This document shows positions 9,772 through 19,581 of a stretch of DNA of 64,000 nucleotides, piece by piece. The notes under the pieces were generated by a model. That model did no database searches. It saw nothing but the letters and a program-made list of their open reading frames with translations, and was not told where the DNA came from. Positions within the stretch are counted from its first letter, which is position 1. The number at the start of each line of letters is the position of its first letter. Both the position numbers and the translations under genes were made by a program. Origin of the DNA: Lachnospiraceae bacterium (GTDB lineage: Bacteria; Bacillota; Clostridia; Lachnospirales; Lachnospiraceae); contig JAILBX010000208.1 of NCBI GenBank assembly GCA_024680675.1, forward strand, positions 18,493 to 82,492, read 5' to 3'.

Positions 9772-10983
9772 TCATTTAGCCTGCATCAGATATTTCATAC
9801 CATCCTTAAGACCATCCACCGTTAGACGGTTCATTTTGAATATGCCTTTTACAGCAGTTTCGGCTTCCCGCCAGGGTGCATTACCGGGGGCCATTTTGGG
9901 ATTAAGCCAAATGACCTTTTTAAAATGCTTCTTCATAAGCCTTAGCCATTCATAGCCGGATAATCCGTCATTTGGGCCTCTGTAATTTCCCGTATCAGAA
10001 TAGAGCTCCTCCGGAGCCATTGCGGCATCCCCCACTATTATGACCTTATAGTTATCATCCAGATTTTTAAAGAGCCACTGTGTTTCTATCCAGTCGCCGT
10101 TTTCACATTCCGGTGTATTGTATAGTCTGGCATATATGCAATTGTGAAAATAATAGGTTTTAACATCCTTAAAATGATTGGATTTATTTACGGATTGAAA
10201 AAGCTCATTTAAAAGATTGCTGTAAGGTATCATGGTCCCGCCGGAATCCATTAAGAGTAAAAGCTTAACGGTGTTCTTCCTGGGCCTTTCAAATTCAATC
10301 TGAAGATAGCCCCCGTTATCACAGGTTTTTCTTATGGTTCCATCTATATCCAGCTCTGTTTTTGGAACATCAAGTCTTGTGGAGTATTGTCTCAGTTTTT
10401 TTAAGGCTACCATAAACTGTCTGTTATCCAGTACCCTGTCATTCCTGAAATCCCTGAATTTTCTTTCCCCGATAACCTGAAATGCAGACTGATAACCTGT
10501 GGTGCCCCCTATACGGACACCCCCCATGTGACCTCCAAGATTACCGAAGGATGAATTACCCATGGTACCTATCCATTGGTTTCCGCCATTATGCTCGGCA
10601 TCCTGTTCCTTCTGTCTCTCCCTGAACTTTTCAAGCACCTCTTCATTATCAATTGGATTAGCCTCTCCCTCGATCATGGATTTTTGGATCTCCATATCTC
10701 TTGTGGCCTCAAGGAAATCAGACTTATCAAGCCATTTTTTCATCTGGTCGGATATATCATCAATGTCATCCTTGTGTATTCCCTTAAAGTACTCATTAAA
10801 GAGGCCGTCATATTTATCAAATTCATTTTCACTTTTTAAAAGGATCATTCGGGAAATGTAGTAGAAATCAGTAATACTGGAATTACACAGTCCTCTGTCA
10901 ACGGCATCCACTAAGGATAGCCATTCAGACAGGGAAATATCCATTCCTTTTTCTCTTAAAAAGTAAAAATAATCAGTAAACAT
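9772..10983 (-). CDS. VWA (CoxE-like) domain protein, partner of the MoxR ATPase
   Basis: 403 aa. The C-terminal half resembles a von Willebrand A fold with a MIDAS-like 'LLLMDSGGTM'. It starts 1 nt after the AAA gene's stop. Confidence 0.7.
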   Translation of the reverse strand: MFTDYFYFLREKGMDISLSEWLSLVDAVDRGLCNSSITDFYYISRMILLKSENEFDKYDGLFNEYFKGIHKDDIDDISDQMKKWLDKSDFLEATRDMEIQKSMIEGEANPIDNEEVLEKFRERQKEQDAEHNGGNQWIGTMGNSSFGNLGGHMGGVRIGGTTGYQSAFQVIGERKFRDFRNDRVLDNRQFMVALKKLRQYSTRLDVPKTELDIDGTIRKTCDNGGYLQIEFERPRKNTVKLLLLMDSGGTMIPYSNLLNELFQSVNKSNHFKDVKTYYFHNCIYARLYNTPECENGDWIETQWLFKNLDDNYKVIIVGDAAMAPEELYSDTGNYRGPNDGLSGYEWLRLMKKHFKKVIWLNPKMAPGNAPWREAETAVKGIFKMNRLTVDGLKDGMKYLMQAK

Positions 10984-10984
10984 A

Positions 10985-11806
10985 CTATACCCTGTTGTGT
11001 CTAACAGCTGTTAGATCCTCATCCTTTTTTATGATAGTTCCCACGAAGGGGAGTTCCTTTATTATCTTATCACTGTCTATGCCACCAAGCTGTAAGGCTC
11101 TTATCCAGTCTATAAGCTCAGAGGTTGAAGGCTTTTTCTTTATTTCTCTCATATCCCTTATATCATAAAAGGCTGTCAGGGCATTGCTTAAAAGATTCTC
11201 TTCAACCTTTTCAAAGTGAGCATGAACTATTTCCTTCATAAGCTCCTTGTCGGGAAATTCGATATAATGAAAAACACATCTTCTTAAAAATGCATCGGGA
11301 AGCTCCTTTTCAGCATTACTGGTTATGATCACAACAGGTCTTTCTTTAGCCTTTATGGTCTCCTTGGTCTCATGAATATAAAATTCCATCTGATCAAGCT
11401 CCCATAAGAGATCGTTGGGAAATTCCAGATCAGCCTTGTCTATCTCATCAATAAGAAGAACCACCTGCTTGTCTTTGGAAAAGGCCTCGCCCAGCTTGCC
11501 AAGCTTTATATATTTGGATATGTCATCAACTCCCTCTTCTCCAAACTGACTGTCATACAATCTCTGTATGGTGTCATACATATAGAGACCGTCCTGAGCC
11601 TTGGTGGTTGATTTTATGTTCCATATTATAAGCTCCATACCAAGGGATTCTGCTATAGCCTTTGCCAGCATGGTCTTTCCGGTTCCGGGTTCACCCTTTA
11701 TAAGAAGGGGTTTTTTAAGTACTCTTGCCACATCAACGGCACTCATAAGCTCAGGTGATGCTATATAAGTACTTGTGCTTTTAAACTGATCCTTTAAAAT
11801 ATCCAT
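10985..11806 (-). CDS. MoxR-like AAA+ ATPase (AAA_5/CoxD-CbbQ type)
   Basis: Walker A 'GEPGTGKT' and Walker B 'LLIDEIDK'. At 273 aa it is a single AAA module. Its start overlaps the gpsA stop as TAATG. Confidence 0.8.
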   Translation of the reverse strand: MDILKDQFKSTSTYIASPELMSAVDVARVLKKPLLIKGEPGTGKTMLAKAIAESLGMELIIWNIKSTTKAQDGLYMYDTIQRLYDSQFGEEGVDDISKYIKLGKLGEAFSKDKQVVLLIDEIDKADLEFPNDLLWELDQMEFYIHETKETIKAKERPVVIITSNAEKELPDAFLRRCVFHYIEFPDKELMKEIVHAHFEKVEENLLSNALTAFYDIRDMREIKKKPSTSELIDWIRALQLGGIDSDKIIKELPFVGTIIKKDEDLTAVRHNRV

Positions 11807-12813
11807 TAATATTCCTCCCAGGAAAGCTCATCTGTTTTATCTCTCTTCATAAGATCCTTAACCGCATCTTTTGCGGATTTTCCACCAAATAAGATGAGAT
11901 TTATCTGTTCAATTATGGGCATAGGTACATCATACTTCTTTGAAAGAGCCAAAGCTGCTTTAGCTGAGTAGACCCCTTCCACCACCATTTTTACCTCATC
12001 CATGGCCTCCTGCATGGTCTTTCCCTGGCCGATCAGGATTCCTGCTCTTCTGTTTCTTGAATGCATGCTCGCACAGGTAACGATAAGATCGCCTATTCCC
12101 GTAAGTCCGGAAAAGGTTTTTATATTACCTCCCATTTTTGTACCAAGTCTGGTTATTTCCGTTATGCCTCTTGTGATCAGAGCAGCCTTGGTATTATCTC
12201 CATAACCCAGACCATCAGCTACCCCAGCCGCAAGAGCCACTACGTTTTTTAGTGATCCCCCAAGCTCTATACCTAAAATATCCGGGCTCGTATAAATCCT
12301 GAAGTTCTCGTTCATGAATATATCCTGAATATATTTGGCAATTTCCTTCTCTTTAGCTCCTACTACACAGGTGGTGGGGATCCTTCTGCTAACCTCCTCT
12401 GCATGAGAGGGGCCTGACAGTACGGCTACCCTGGAACAGGGTATCTCCTCCTTAATTATCATAGAAAGGGTATTGAGAGTTTCCTCTTCTATTCCTTTGG
12501 CAACGCTTACAATGAGCTGGTCTTTCTTTACCACATCCGCCATTAAATGGGCTGTGCTCCTTGTAAAAGGCGATGGTACTGCCAAAACCAGAATATCCTT
12601 ATCCTGACAGGTGAGCTTTAGATCTGTGGTAAATACAATTTCCTCGGGAAGCTTTACACCCGGGAGTTTATCCTTGTGCTCACGTTCCTTATTAAGCATT
12701 TGGATCTCATCCTCAAGGGCGGACCATACAACTACCTTATGTTTATTGTCATTTAATACCAAAGCAAGGGCTGTTCCCCAGCTTCCGGCTCCAACTATAC
12801 CTATATCAGCCAT
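11806..12813 (-). CDS. gpsA: NAD(P)H-dependent glycerol-3-phosphate dehydrogenase
   Basis: Rossmann motif 'GAGSWGTALA' with full-length GpsA similarity. It sits in the conserved der-plsY-gpsA context. Confidence 0.92.
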   Translation of the reverse strand: MADIGIVGAGSWGTALALVLNDNKHKVVVWSALEDEIQMLNKEREHKDKLPGVKLPEEIVFTTDLKLTCQDKDILVLAVPSPFTRSTAHLMADVVKKDQLIVSVAKGIEEETLNTLSMIIKEEIPCSRVAVLSGPSHAEEVSRRIPTTCVVGAKEKEIAKYIQDIFMNENFRIYTSPDILGIELGGSLKNVVALAAGVADGLGYGDNTKAALITRGITEITRLGTKMGGNIKTFSGLTGIGDLIVTCASMHSRNRRAGILIGQGKTMQEAMDEVKMVVEGVYSAKAALALSKKYDVPMPIIEQINLILFGGKSAKDAVKDLMKRDKTDELSWEEY

Positions 12814-13504
12814 TCTTCCCCTCCTTATTTTCTTTTTTTTCGTTTACATCTATTTCGGGTTTACCCTTTAAATAGGTTTTTCTTTCGGTGCCCTTTATAA
12901 GATTCACTATATTTACCCTGTGCCTCCACCAGGTAAGTATAGCCAAAAACCAGAGCAGGGCGTTAAATTCTACGAAATAAGTAGTGGCTATACCCTGTCC
13001 GAAATATCCGGATTTACTGAGGATAAAACCTTCGATTATAATACCTACATAAACAAATATAGACCCTAATGAAACATAATGGGTTATAAAGAAGATTCCG
13101 AAAAATGTTATTATCCCAAGTATGGTCATAAGAGGACCAAAACCAAAAATAACCAGACCCGCTGTGGCTGCAATACCCTTCCCACCTTTAAATTTCAGGT
13201 AAAAGGGATAATTGTGACCAAGAATGGTTCCGGTTGCGGCATATACCTTCAAAAGAGGCAGCATATCCGGGTAAATATCCTTATACATGAAATTTACTAT
13301 AAGTATTGCGATCCCGCATTTAAGCACATCTCCCAAAAGCACCATACCGGCATACTTGAGTCCTAAGGTTCTGAGCATGTTGGTCGTTCCCGCGTTTTTA
13401 CTGCCATGCTGTCTTATATCAACGCCTTTGATCCTTCCGATTATGTAGCCTGTCTGAATCAGGCCCAGAGCATAACCTATGAGCAGGCAAATAACCCTTA
13501 CCAT
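12806..13504 (-). CDS. plsY: glycerol-3-phosphate acyltransferase PlsY
   Basis: Polytopic membrane protein with 'HGSKNAGTTN' and 'HNYPFYLKFKGGKG'. It carries a roughly 25-aa Lys/Glu-rich C-terminal tail. Confidence 0.9.
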   Translation of the reverse strand: MVRVICLLIGYALGLIQTGYIIGRIKGVDIRQHGSKNAGTTNMLRTLGLKYAGMVLLGDVLKCGIAILIVNFMYKDIYPDMLPLLKVYAATGTILGHNYPFYLKFKGGKGIAATAGLVIFGFGPLMTILGIITFFGIFFITHYVSLGSIFVYVGIIIEGFILSKSGYFGQGIATTYFVEFNALLWFLAILTWWRHRVNIVNLIKGTERKTYLKGKPEIDVNEKKENKEGKNG

Positions 13505-13505
13505 A

Positions 13506-14831
13506 TTACTTATCTTCTCCTCTTTCTCTTATTATGAACTTTAAGGGTGTTCCCGAAAAGCCAAAAGTATCTCTTATCTGATTTTCAATATATCTTGTAT
13601 AGGAAAAATGCATAAGTCCCTTATCGTTTACAAATATAACAAAAGTAGGGGGTTTTACGGCTACCTGAGTCATATAAAAGAGCTTTAACCTTTTTCCCTT
13701 ATCCGTTGGAGGCTGATTCAGGGCTACTGCCTCGGTCATAATCTCATTAAGAACCCCTGTCTGGATCCTTAGAGACTGGTTCTCAACCACCTTATCTATC
13801 ATATCAAATAAGCGATTCATGCGCTGACCTGTAAGAGCGGAGATAAAGATGATCTCTGCATAGGGCAAAAAAGAAAGAGTACTTCTTATTTTCTTCTCAT
13901 ATTCATAAACGGTCTTGTCATTTTTTTCTATTGCATCCCATTTATTAACCGCTATTATAATACCCCGGCCACTGTCATGGGCAATGCCGGCTATCTTTGC
14001 ATCCTGTTCCGTTACCCCTTCATTGGCATCTATTATGAGAACACATACGTCTGCTCTTTCCACTGCAGCTACAGTCCTTAGGACCATGTAGTGTTCAAGA
14101 TCTTCCTTCACATTCTTTTTTCTTCTAAGGCCTGCCGTATCGATAAAAACATATTCCCTGTCATCATGGGATACCACAGTATCCACAGCATCCCTTGTAG
14201 TTCCGGCAATATCTGATACTATGACCCGATCCTCCCCAAGAAGCTTATTTATGATCGAAGACTTTCCTACATTGGGCTTTCCGACTATGGCAACCCTTGG
14301 ACGATCAGCCTCCTCCTCAGCTTCAGATCCTTGAGGAAAGTTTTCAACAACCGCGTCTAAAAGATCACCTATACCCATTCTGTTGGAAGCCGATATGGGG
14401 TAGGGCTCTCCTATTCCCAGATTATAGAACTCATAAACATCATTTCCGTATTTTTTGACATCATCAACTTTATTTACAGCCAAAAGAACAGGTTTTCTCG
14501 ATCTTCTTAAGATATCAGCAACTCTGAAATCCGAATCGATTACTCCCTGTTTGACATCTGTCATAAAGATAATGACATCAGCAGTATCAATTGCTATCTG
14601 AGCCTGCTCTCTCATCTGAGAAAGGATCACATCTGAAGTGTCCGGCTCTATTCCGCCTGTATCTATAAGTGTAAAATCCTTATCAAGCCAGGAGACATCT
14701 GCATATATCCTGTCTCTGGTGATACCGGGTGTATCCTTTACAATGCTTATCCTTGAACCGCAAAGAGCATTAAAAAGTGTGGACTTTCCTACATTAGGCC
14801 GTCCCACTACCGCAACTATCGGTTTGCTCAT
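13506..14831 (-). CDS. der: ribosome-biogenesis GTPase Der (EngA)
   Basis: Two tandem G domains ('GRPNVGKST' and 'GKPNVGKSS') plus a KH-like C-terminus. Confidence 0.95.
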   Translation of the reverse strand: MSKPIVAVVGRPNVGKSTLFNALCGSRISIVKDTPGITRDRIYADVSWLDKDFTLIDTGGIEPDTSDVILSQMREQAQIAIDTADVIIFMTDVKQGVIDSDFRVADILRRSRKPVLLAVNKVDDVKKYGNDVYEFYNLGIGEPYPISASNRMGIGDLLDAVVENFPQGSEAEEEADRPRVAIVGKPNVGKSSIINKLLGEDRVIVSDIAGTTRDAVDTVVSHDDREYVFIDTAGLRRKKNVKEDLEHYMVLRTVAAVERADVCVLIIDANEGVTEQDAKIAGIAHDSGRGIIIAVNKWDAIEKNDKTVYEYEKKIRSTLSFLPYAEIIFISALTGQRMNRLFDMIDKVVENQSLRIQTGVLNEIMTEAVALNQPPTDKGKRLKLFYMTQVAVKPPTFVIFVNDKGLMHFSYTRYIENQIRDTFGFSGTPLKFIIRERGEDK

Positions 14832-16167
14832 AAATATTCTCTCCTACTGCCTTTTCGATTAAATCCATTCCGTTTGATTTTACAATATACAGCTTTACTT
14901 GTAAAGATTTTTCCAAGTCCTCAAAGGTCACATCATCCAAAAAAAGGGGTTCCCCGGCTCTTGCCATGGATTCCGATATAAGCAGTCCTTCTCCCAATGC
15001 TTTTCCCTTTAATTGAGCAATAATATCCTCACCTGTCAGTAAACCCGCAACAGTGATATATTCACCGAAAAAATCGTTTCGTATCTTATAGACATTGATC
15101 CTTATACCGGGAAGAAGACCTGATATCCTCTCGGCCATTCCCTTTATGGTATCATAGGCGAGGTAACCGGTTGCCACTGAAACAAGTCTCTTTTTTTGAT
15201 AAAGCAGTGGATTATCAGCAAGATATGACTCTAAGAGCTTAAAAGCCCTGTTAAAATCCTCTATAGCTGATCTTAACATCCCCACCCCGTTTTCATACTG
15301 AAGGTAGCCGTCATAGACCTCTTCCTTTGGCACTTTTCTTTCGGCAAGAAGATAGAATTCATCAGATGCATGAACAAAATGACAGCCAAATTCCTGATAG
15401 ATCTTTTTCTGCCATTTCTCAACTATATCTATAGTCTTTTCTGCATCCTCCTTCTTAAAGGCTTCCAAAGGATAAAGACCATGCCTGAATTTTGTAAGTC
15501 CCACGGGAACAACTGAAAGACTGCGTAAAACAGGAGCATAGGCCGAAAGATCACTTATGGACCTCTCAAGCTCTTCCTTATCATTTACCCCCTTGCAAAG
15601 GACGATCTGACCATTCATCTCAATACCGGCTTCATAGAGTCTGTCCACCTTTTTTAAGGCTTCTCCCGCAGAGGGATTTCCAAGCATCTTACAGCGCAGA
15701 TCAGGATTTGTAGTCTGAAAAGATATATAGACCGGGGACATATGATACTTGATTATACGTTCAATATCCACCTGCGACATGTTTGTTAAGGTGATATAGT
15801 TACCATGCAGAAAAGAAAGCCTTGAATCATCATCTTTGAAGTAAAGGCTTTCTCTCATTCCCTTGGGCATCTGGTCGATAAAGCAGAAAATACACTTATT
15901 ACAGCAGGAACGGTAATTGTCCATCATTCCGTTTTTAAACTGAAGTCCTATCTCTTCATCAGGAGCTTTATCTATTTCAAAGATGATCTCCTCTCCGTCA
16001 GCCTTTTCTATATATAATTCAAGATAATCATCGGTAATGTAGAACTCGTAATCAAAATAATCCTTTATCTCATTACCGTTTATGGCGATCAGCCTGTCAC
16101 CGGCTTTAATCTCTAACTCTTCTGCTATACTACCGGCCTCGACAAAGCTTATAAGGTGTTTCCTCAT
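14794..16167 (-). CDS. PDZ-domain radical-SAM-like protein (DUF512 family)
   Basis: N-terminal PDZ ('GSIAEELEIKAGDRLIAING') and the cysteine cluster 'CCNKCIFC' (CX3CX2C). This gene family commonly precedes der in Clostridia. It overlaps der by 38 nt. Confidence 0.75.
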   Translation of the reverse strand: MRKHLISFVEAGSIAEELEIKAGDRLIAINGNEIKDYFDYEFYITDDYLELYIEKADGEEIIFEIDKAPDEEIGLQFKNGMMDNYRSCCNKCIFCFIDQMPKGMRESLYFKDDDSRLSFLHGNYITLTNMSQVDIERIIKYHMSPVYISFQTTNPDLRCKMLGNPSAGEALKKVDRLYEAGIEMNGQIVLCKGVNDKEELERSISDLSAYAPVLRSLSVVPVGLTKFRHGLYPLEAFKKEDAEKTIDIVEKWQKKIYQEFGCHFVHASDEFYLLAERKVPKEEVYDGYLQYENGVGMLRSAIEDFNRAFKLLESYLADNPLLYQKKRLVSVATGYLAYDTIKGMAERISGLLPGIRINVYKIRNDFFGEYITVAGLLTGEDIIAQLKGKALGEGLLISESMARAGEPLFLDDVTFEDLEKSLQVKLYIVKSNGMDLIEKAVGENIYEQTDSCGSGTA

Positions 16168-16178
16168 AGCCTCTTCCT

Positions 16179-16691
16179 TTATCTTCTTGTGGTACTTCCA
16201 AAGCCGCCGTTTCTTATCTCTATAACGTCGTCATCTAAAGTGATGCCATACTCAGTAAATATGCCCTGCATAAAACCCTCACCCCGGACTATATGTACTA
16301 CTCTTCCTTCGTTGGTATCATTTGTGATCTTGGAAAAAATATGTCCCTCATTATCGGAATAATAATAATCACTGTCTATTATGCCTACAGTATTGTTTAA
16401 CTGCATTCTGTACTTAAAGCCAAGGCCGCTCCTTGGATAACAGGAAAGAACCCAGCCCTCTTCTATCTGAACTCTGACTCCCGTTGGGATCTTAACTGTC
16501 TCTCCGGGATTCAGATCTATATCTATGGGACTGAAGAAATCATAGCCTGCTGATCCTGTGGTAGCCCTTCTTGGCAGCTTTATCCTTTCATAGATATCCT
16601 TTATCTCAGAAGGCTCGGAACCGAAGCTGTCCTGCCAGTCCTTTAAAAACTGTGAAAAAGAAACCTTGTAGAATCGTGCAATCCTTTTCAT
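16179..16691 (-). CDS. dut: dUTP diphosphatase (trimeric dUTPase family)
   Basis: dUTPase motifs 'GSAGYDF', 'PRSGLG', 'GIIDSDY' and 'RNGGFGST'. I trimmed the ORF to ATG 16691 (MKRIARF), which follows the SD GGAG. The track's upstream extension is hydrophobic and non-homologous. Confidence 0.85.
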   Translation of the reverse strand: MKRIARFYKVSFSQFLKDWQDSFGSEPSEIKDIYERIKLPRRATTGSAGYDFFSPIDIDLNPGETVKIPTGVRVQIEEGWVLSCYPRSGLGFKYRMQLNNTVGIIDSDYYYSDNEGHIFSKITNDTNEGRVVHIVRGEGFMQGIFTEYGITLDDDVIEIRNGGFGSTTRR

Positions 16692-16762
16692 AAATACTCC
16701 TTCTATCAAAACGCTACATGTCAGTGGAACTTTTACAGGAAAAAGAATGGCTGTTAAAATTC

Positions 16763-17272
16763 CTAAGCATAATCGCCGCAATAAAGTACAGGCTCTGAAG
16801 GATCCTCACTGGCCAGAGTTTTCTTAACATCAATGACCTTCTGGTTGCCCGATCCCTTCCAAAGGAGCTTAGGATCCCTTTTATCTATCTCAAATTCCCC
16901 ATCCACTATCACATCCAAAAGGGGTGTTATTGAGGAATCCTTGATCTCTTTCCAGGTAAAACCGGTATAAAGCCATACTGTCTTATCAGGATACTTATTT
17001 CGGATCTCAATAATAAGATTTTTCACATCAAGTCTGTTGGCCGGATGAAGAGGGTCTCCTCCGCTGAAGGTTATTCCGGAAATATAATCCTTATCCAGTT
17101 CATCAAAGATCTCTTTTTTTGCAGCTTCGTCAAATAACAAACCGCCGTCGGGATCCCAGGTTATGGGATTTTGACACTCCTTACAGCAATGATCACAGCC
17201 TGAAACCCAAAGTACCACCCTCAGACCATCTCCATTAAGCATGTCGTCCTTGGTAATATTATGGTATCTCAT
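16763..17272 (-). CDS. nrdG: anaerobic ribonucleoside-triphosphate reductase activating protein
   Basis: 169 aa with the radical-SAM cluster 'GCDHCCKEC' and 'FSGGDPL'. It lies directly downstream of nrdD, overlapping it by 1 nt. Confidence 0.9.
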   Translation of the reverse strand: MRYHNITKDDMLNGDGLRVVLWVSGCDHCCKECQNPITWDPDGGLLFDEAAKKEIFDELDKDYISGITFSGGDPLHPANRLDVKNLIIEIRNKYPDKTVWLYTGFTWKEIKDSSITPLLDVIVDGEFEIDKRDPKLLWKGSGNQKVIDVKKTLASEDPSEPVLYCGDYA

Positions 17273-19458
17273 TACATACTCTTCCTTTCGGCGATTTCTG
17301 CCATTTTAGCATCATTTAACCTGGTATCTCCATGAACCCTGGAATAAGAAAGATATCCGTTCATTCTTTCTATCTTTGTAAGGTTTTTACTGCCGCAGAC
17401 AGGACATACATCCATTTCCAGCTCCTGATGTCCGCAGTCGTCACAGTAGGCAAGAGAAAGATTAACCCCCTCATAAAAGCCCATATCCATAGCCCTTCTT
17501 ACAAGGGTCTTTATGGCTTCAATATTATAATCAATGGGATATTTAACATATTGTATCTTTCCCCCATTTGAAAGCTCCCAAAATCTGAATTCCAGATTCT
17601 GCTTCTGAATGGGAGTGATATCCTCCGTAACATGACAGTGGAAGGAATTGGATACATATTCCCTGTCGGATACGTTCTCAACTATTCCGTACTTTTTCCT
17701 GAACTGTTTTACCTGAAGCCCGCAAAGGCTTTCGGCGGGAGTACCGTAAATAGCATAGAGATTGTGATCCTCTTCTTTAAATTCATTAACCTTTTTATTT
17801 ATATATTCCAAAACCTCAAGGGCAAACTTCCCGTCTTCAGCCAAAGACTTTCCGTTGTAAAGCTCCTGAAGCTCGTTGAAGGCAGTGATGCCAAAGGAAG
17901 CTGTTGCCGCCTTCAATAAGGGCTTGATCTTATCTGTCAGCTTTAAATGTCCACCGTAAAAGCCCCCTTCACAATAGGCCAAAGGGTTGGTGGATGCCCG
18001 CATCTCTCCAAGATATGCATATGTTCTCTTATGAAGTCCCCTGATAAGCTCAAGATAATAATCAAGAACCTCATAAAAATCTCTGGATTCCTGTCTTGCT
18101 TTTGCAAGTATCATGGGAAGGTGAAGAGAAACTGCTCCCACATTGAATCTTCCAACAAAAACAGGCATATCATCATCATCCGCCGGATGCATTCCTCCTC
18201 TTTCATACCAGGGTGAAAGAAAGGCCCTGCATCCCATAGGGGATATTATCCTGCCATATCTTTTATACATAGATGCAATATAACCCTTACCTGTAAGGGA
18301 GAGCCAATCCGGATACATGGTCTTTGCAGAACACTTTATTCCGGCCTCAAATACATCTTCAAGCTCCTTACCGGGACCATGAAGGTTTTCGTCATATAAG
18401 AAAACGATCTTTGGGAAAAGTACAGGCTTCTTGCAGTTTTCCTTACCCTGCCCCTTCCTTCTGACATCTAACATCTTTATTGTTGCAAGCTTGGCAAAAC
18501 GTCCGGTTCCCGTGCCTGCGGTTACTGTAATAAAGGGGTAATCTCCTCTTGAGGAGGCCACGGTATTAAACTTATATTCCCAACCCTGAAAGCCCTGCTC
18601 AAAATCTCTTTCCACGTCCTTATAAGCAACTTCCTTTGCCTTCTCCTCGGAAAGACCGAGCTCGGTATATTTTTTTATATATTTTGTATAGGAGCGCTCT
18701 GCATACTTTTCAAGGATAAGATCAACACTGGGAACAGTAAAACCGCCATACTGCTGTGAAGCAGCCGAAAGTACGATATCTCCGATAACATCAAAGCATA
18801 CATCCAGAGTCTTTGGCTCATTATACCAGATATTACCCATTTCAAATCCGCCGGTAAGAACCTCTTCCACATTAAAGAGGCAGCAGTTCATGGTATCCCT
18901 TCTTGCAGACATATCATGAACATATATATATCCGTCCCTACAGGCCTGGATCTCTTCTGTGGTCATGAAAAACTTTTGATAGAGCTCCTTATTAAGCTGG
19001 TTGAAAATAAGGCTTCTTTTAGTTGACACCAGGGCTGAGTCCGTATTGGCATTTTCCTTGTCGCCGATATACATTATGGACTGACTTTTTTTATAAACAT
19101 CGTCCAGCATCCTGACAAAGTCCTGCTTATAGTTTCTGTAATCCCTGTAGGATTTGGCCACAATAGGCTTTACCTCCTCCAGGGCACTTTCAACAATGTT
19201 GTGCATTACAGGGATGGGAACTTCATTACCTTCAAGTTCATTAACCCTCTCAACAACTCTTTTACAGATAAAAGCCTTCTCTTCTTCCGTGAATTTAGTT
19301 AAAGCTCTGTAAGCGCTTTTACCAACAGCATCGATAACCTTCTGGACATTAAAATCTTCTCTGGTTCCATCTTTTTTTATCATTTTAACGTCACGATCGG
19401 GTTTATAAATCTCAGAATAATTATCCTTTAGAACCTGCTCATTTCCTTCCGAAGCCAT
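17272..19458 (-). CDS. nrdD: anaerobic ribonucleoside-triphosphate reductase
   Basis: ATP-cone N-terminus, a C-terminal Zn site 'CDDCGH..CPVCGS' and a glycyl-radical motif 'ERMNGYLSY'. The start is set at ATG 19458 (MASEGNEQ), preceded by the SD GGGAGAGG. Confidence 0.92.
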   Translation of the reverse strand: MASEGNEQVLKDNYSEIYKPDRDVKMIKKDGTREDFNVQKVIDAVGKSAYRALTKFTEEEKAFICKRVVERVNELEGNEVPIPVMHNIVESALEEVKPIVAKSYRDYRNYKQDFVRMLDDVYKKSQSIMYIGDKENANTDSALVSTKRSLIFNQLNKELYQKFFMTTEEIQACRDGYIYVHDMSARRDTMNCCLFNVEEVLTGGFEMGNIWYNEPKTLDVCFDVIGDIVLSAASQQYGGFTVPSVDLILEKYAERSYTKYIKKYTELGLSEEKAKEVAYKDVERDFEQGFQGWEYKFNTVASSRGDYPFITVTAGTGTGRFAKLATIKMLDVRRKGQGKENCKKPVLFPKIVFLYDENLHGPGKELEDVFEAGIKCSAKTMYPDWLSLTGKGYIASMYKRYGRIISPMGCRAFLSPWYERGGMHPADDDDMPVFVGRFNVGAVSLHLPMILAKARQESRDFYEVLDYYLELIRGLHKRTYAYLGEMRASTNPLAYCEGGFYGGHLKLTDKIKPLLKAATASFGITAFNELQELYNGKSLAEDGKFALEVLEYINKKVNEFKEEDHNLYAIYGTPAESLCGLQVKQFRKKYGIVENVSDREYVSNSFHCHVTEDITPIQKQNLEFRFWELSNGGKIQYVKYPIDYNIEAIKTLVRRAMDMGFYEGVNLSLAYCDDCGHQELEMDVCPVCGSKNLTKIERMNGYLSYSRVHGDTRLNDAKMAEIAERKSM

Positions 19459-19519
19459 AATAAACATCCTCTCCCATCCAATGAAAACAAAACTTAGTGA
19501 TAATAAAGTCTCCGTCATG

Positions 19520-19567
19520 AAACAATATCTTGTGTCATTTAGGAGACTTGCAATCTATATCTTGTAT
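19520..19567 (-). promoter_or_regulatory. tandem NrdR boxes
   Basis: On the minus strand the sites are ATACAAGATATAGATT (19552..19567) and ACACAAGATATTGTTT (19520..19535). Both fit the 16-bp NrdR consensus acaCwAnATnTwGtgt. Their start-to-start spacing is 32 bp, and they lie just downstream of the predicted -10. Confidence 0.6.
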
Positions 19568-19581
19568 CTGTCGTATTAAAT

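Noticed and set aside
14794-14831. The 38-nt overlap of the DUF512 gene with der, considered as a sign of a frameshift or fusion.
   Set aside because: The der start (MSKPIVAVVGRPNVGKST) is canonical. The DUF512 C-terminus simply runs on in another frame. Overlaps are common throughout this compact array, and nothing suggests a disrupted gene.
16692-16781. N-terminal extensions of the track ORFs for dut (16692..16781), nrdD (19459..19518), the WYL gene (21561..21602), rnfG (27721..27747) and asnA (52960..52974).
   Set aside because: In each case an internal ATG is directly preceded by a strong GGAGG-type SD and marks where family homology begins. The extensions are non-homologous and would overlap upstream genes or regulatory sites.
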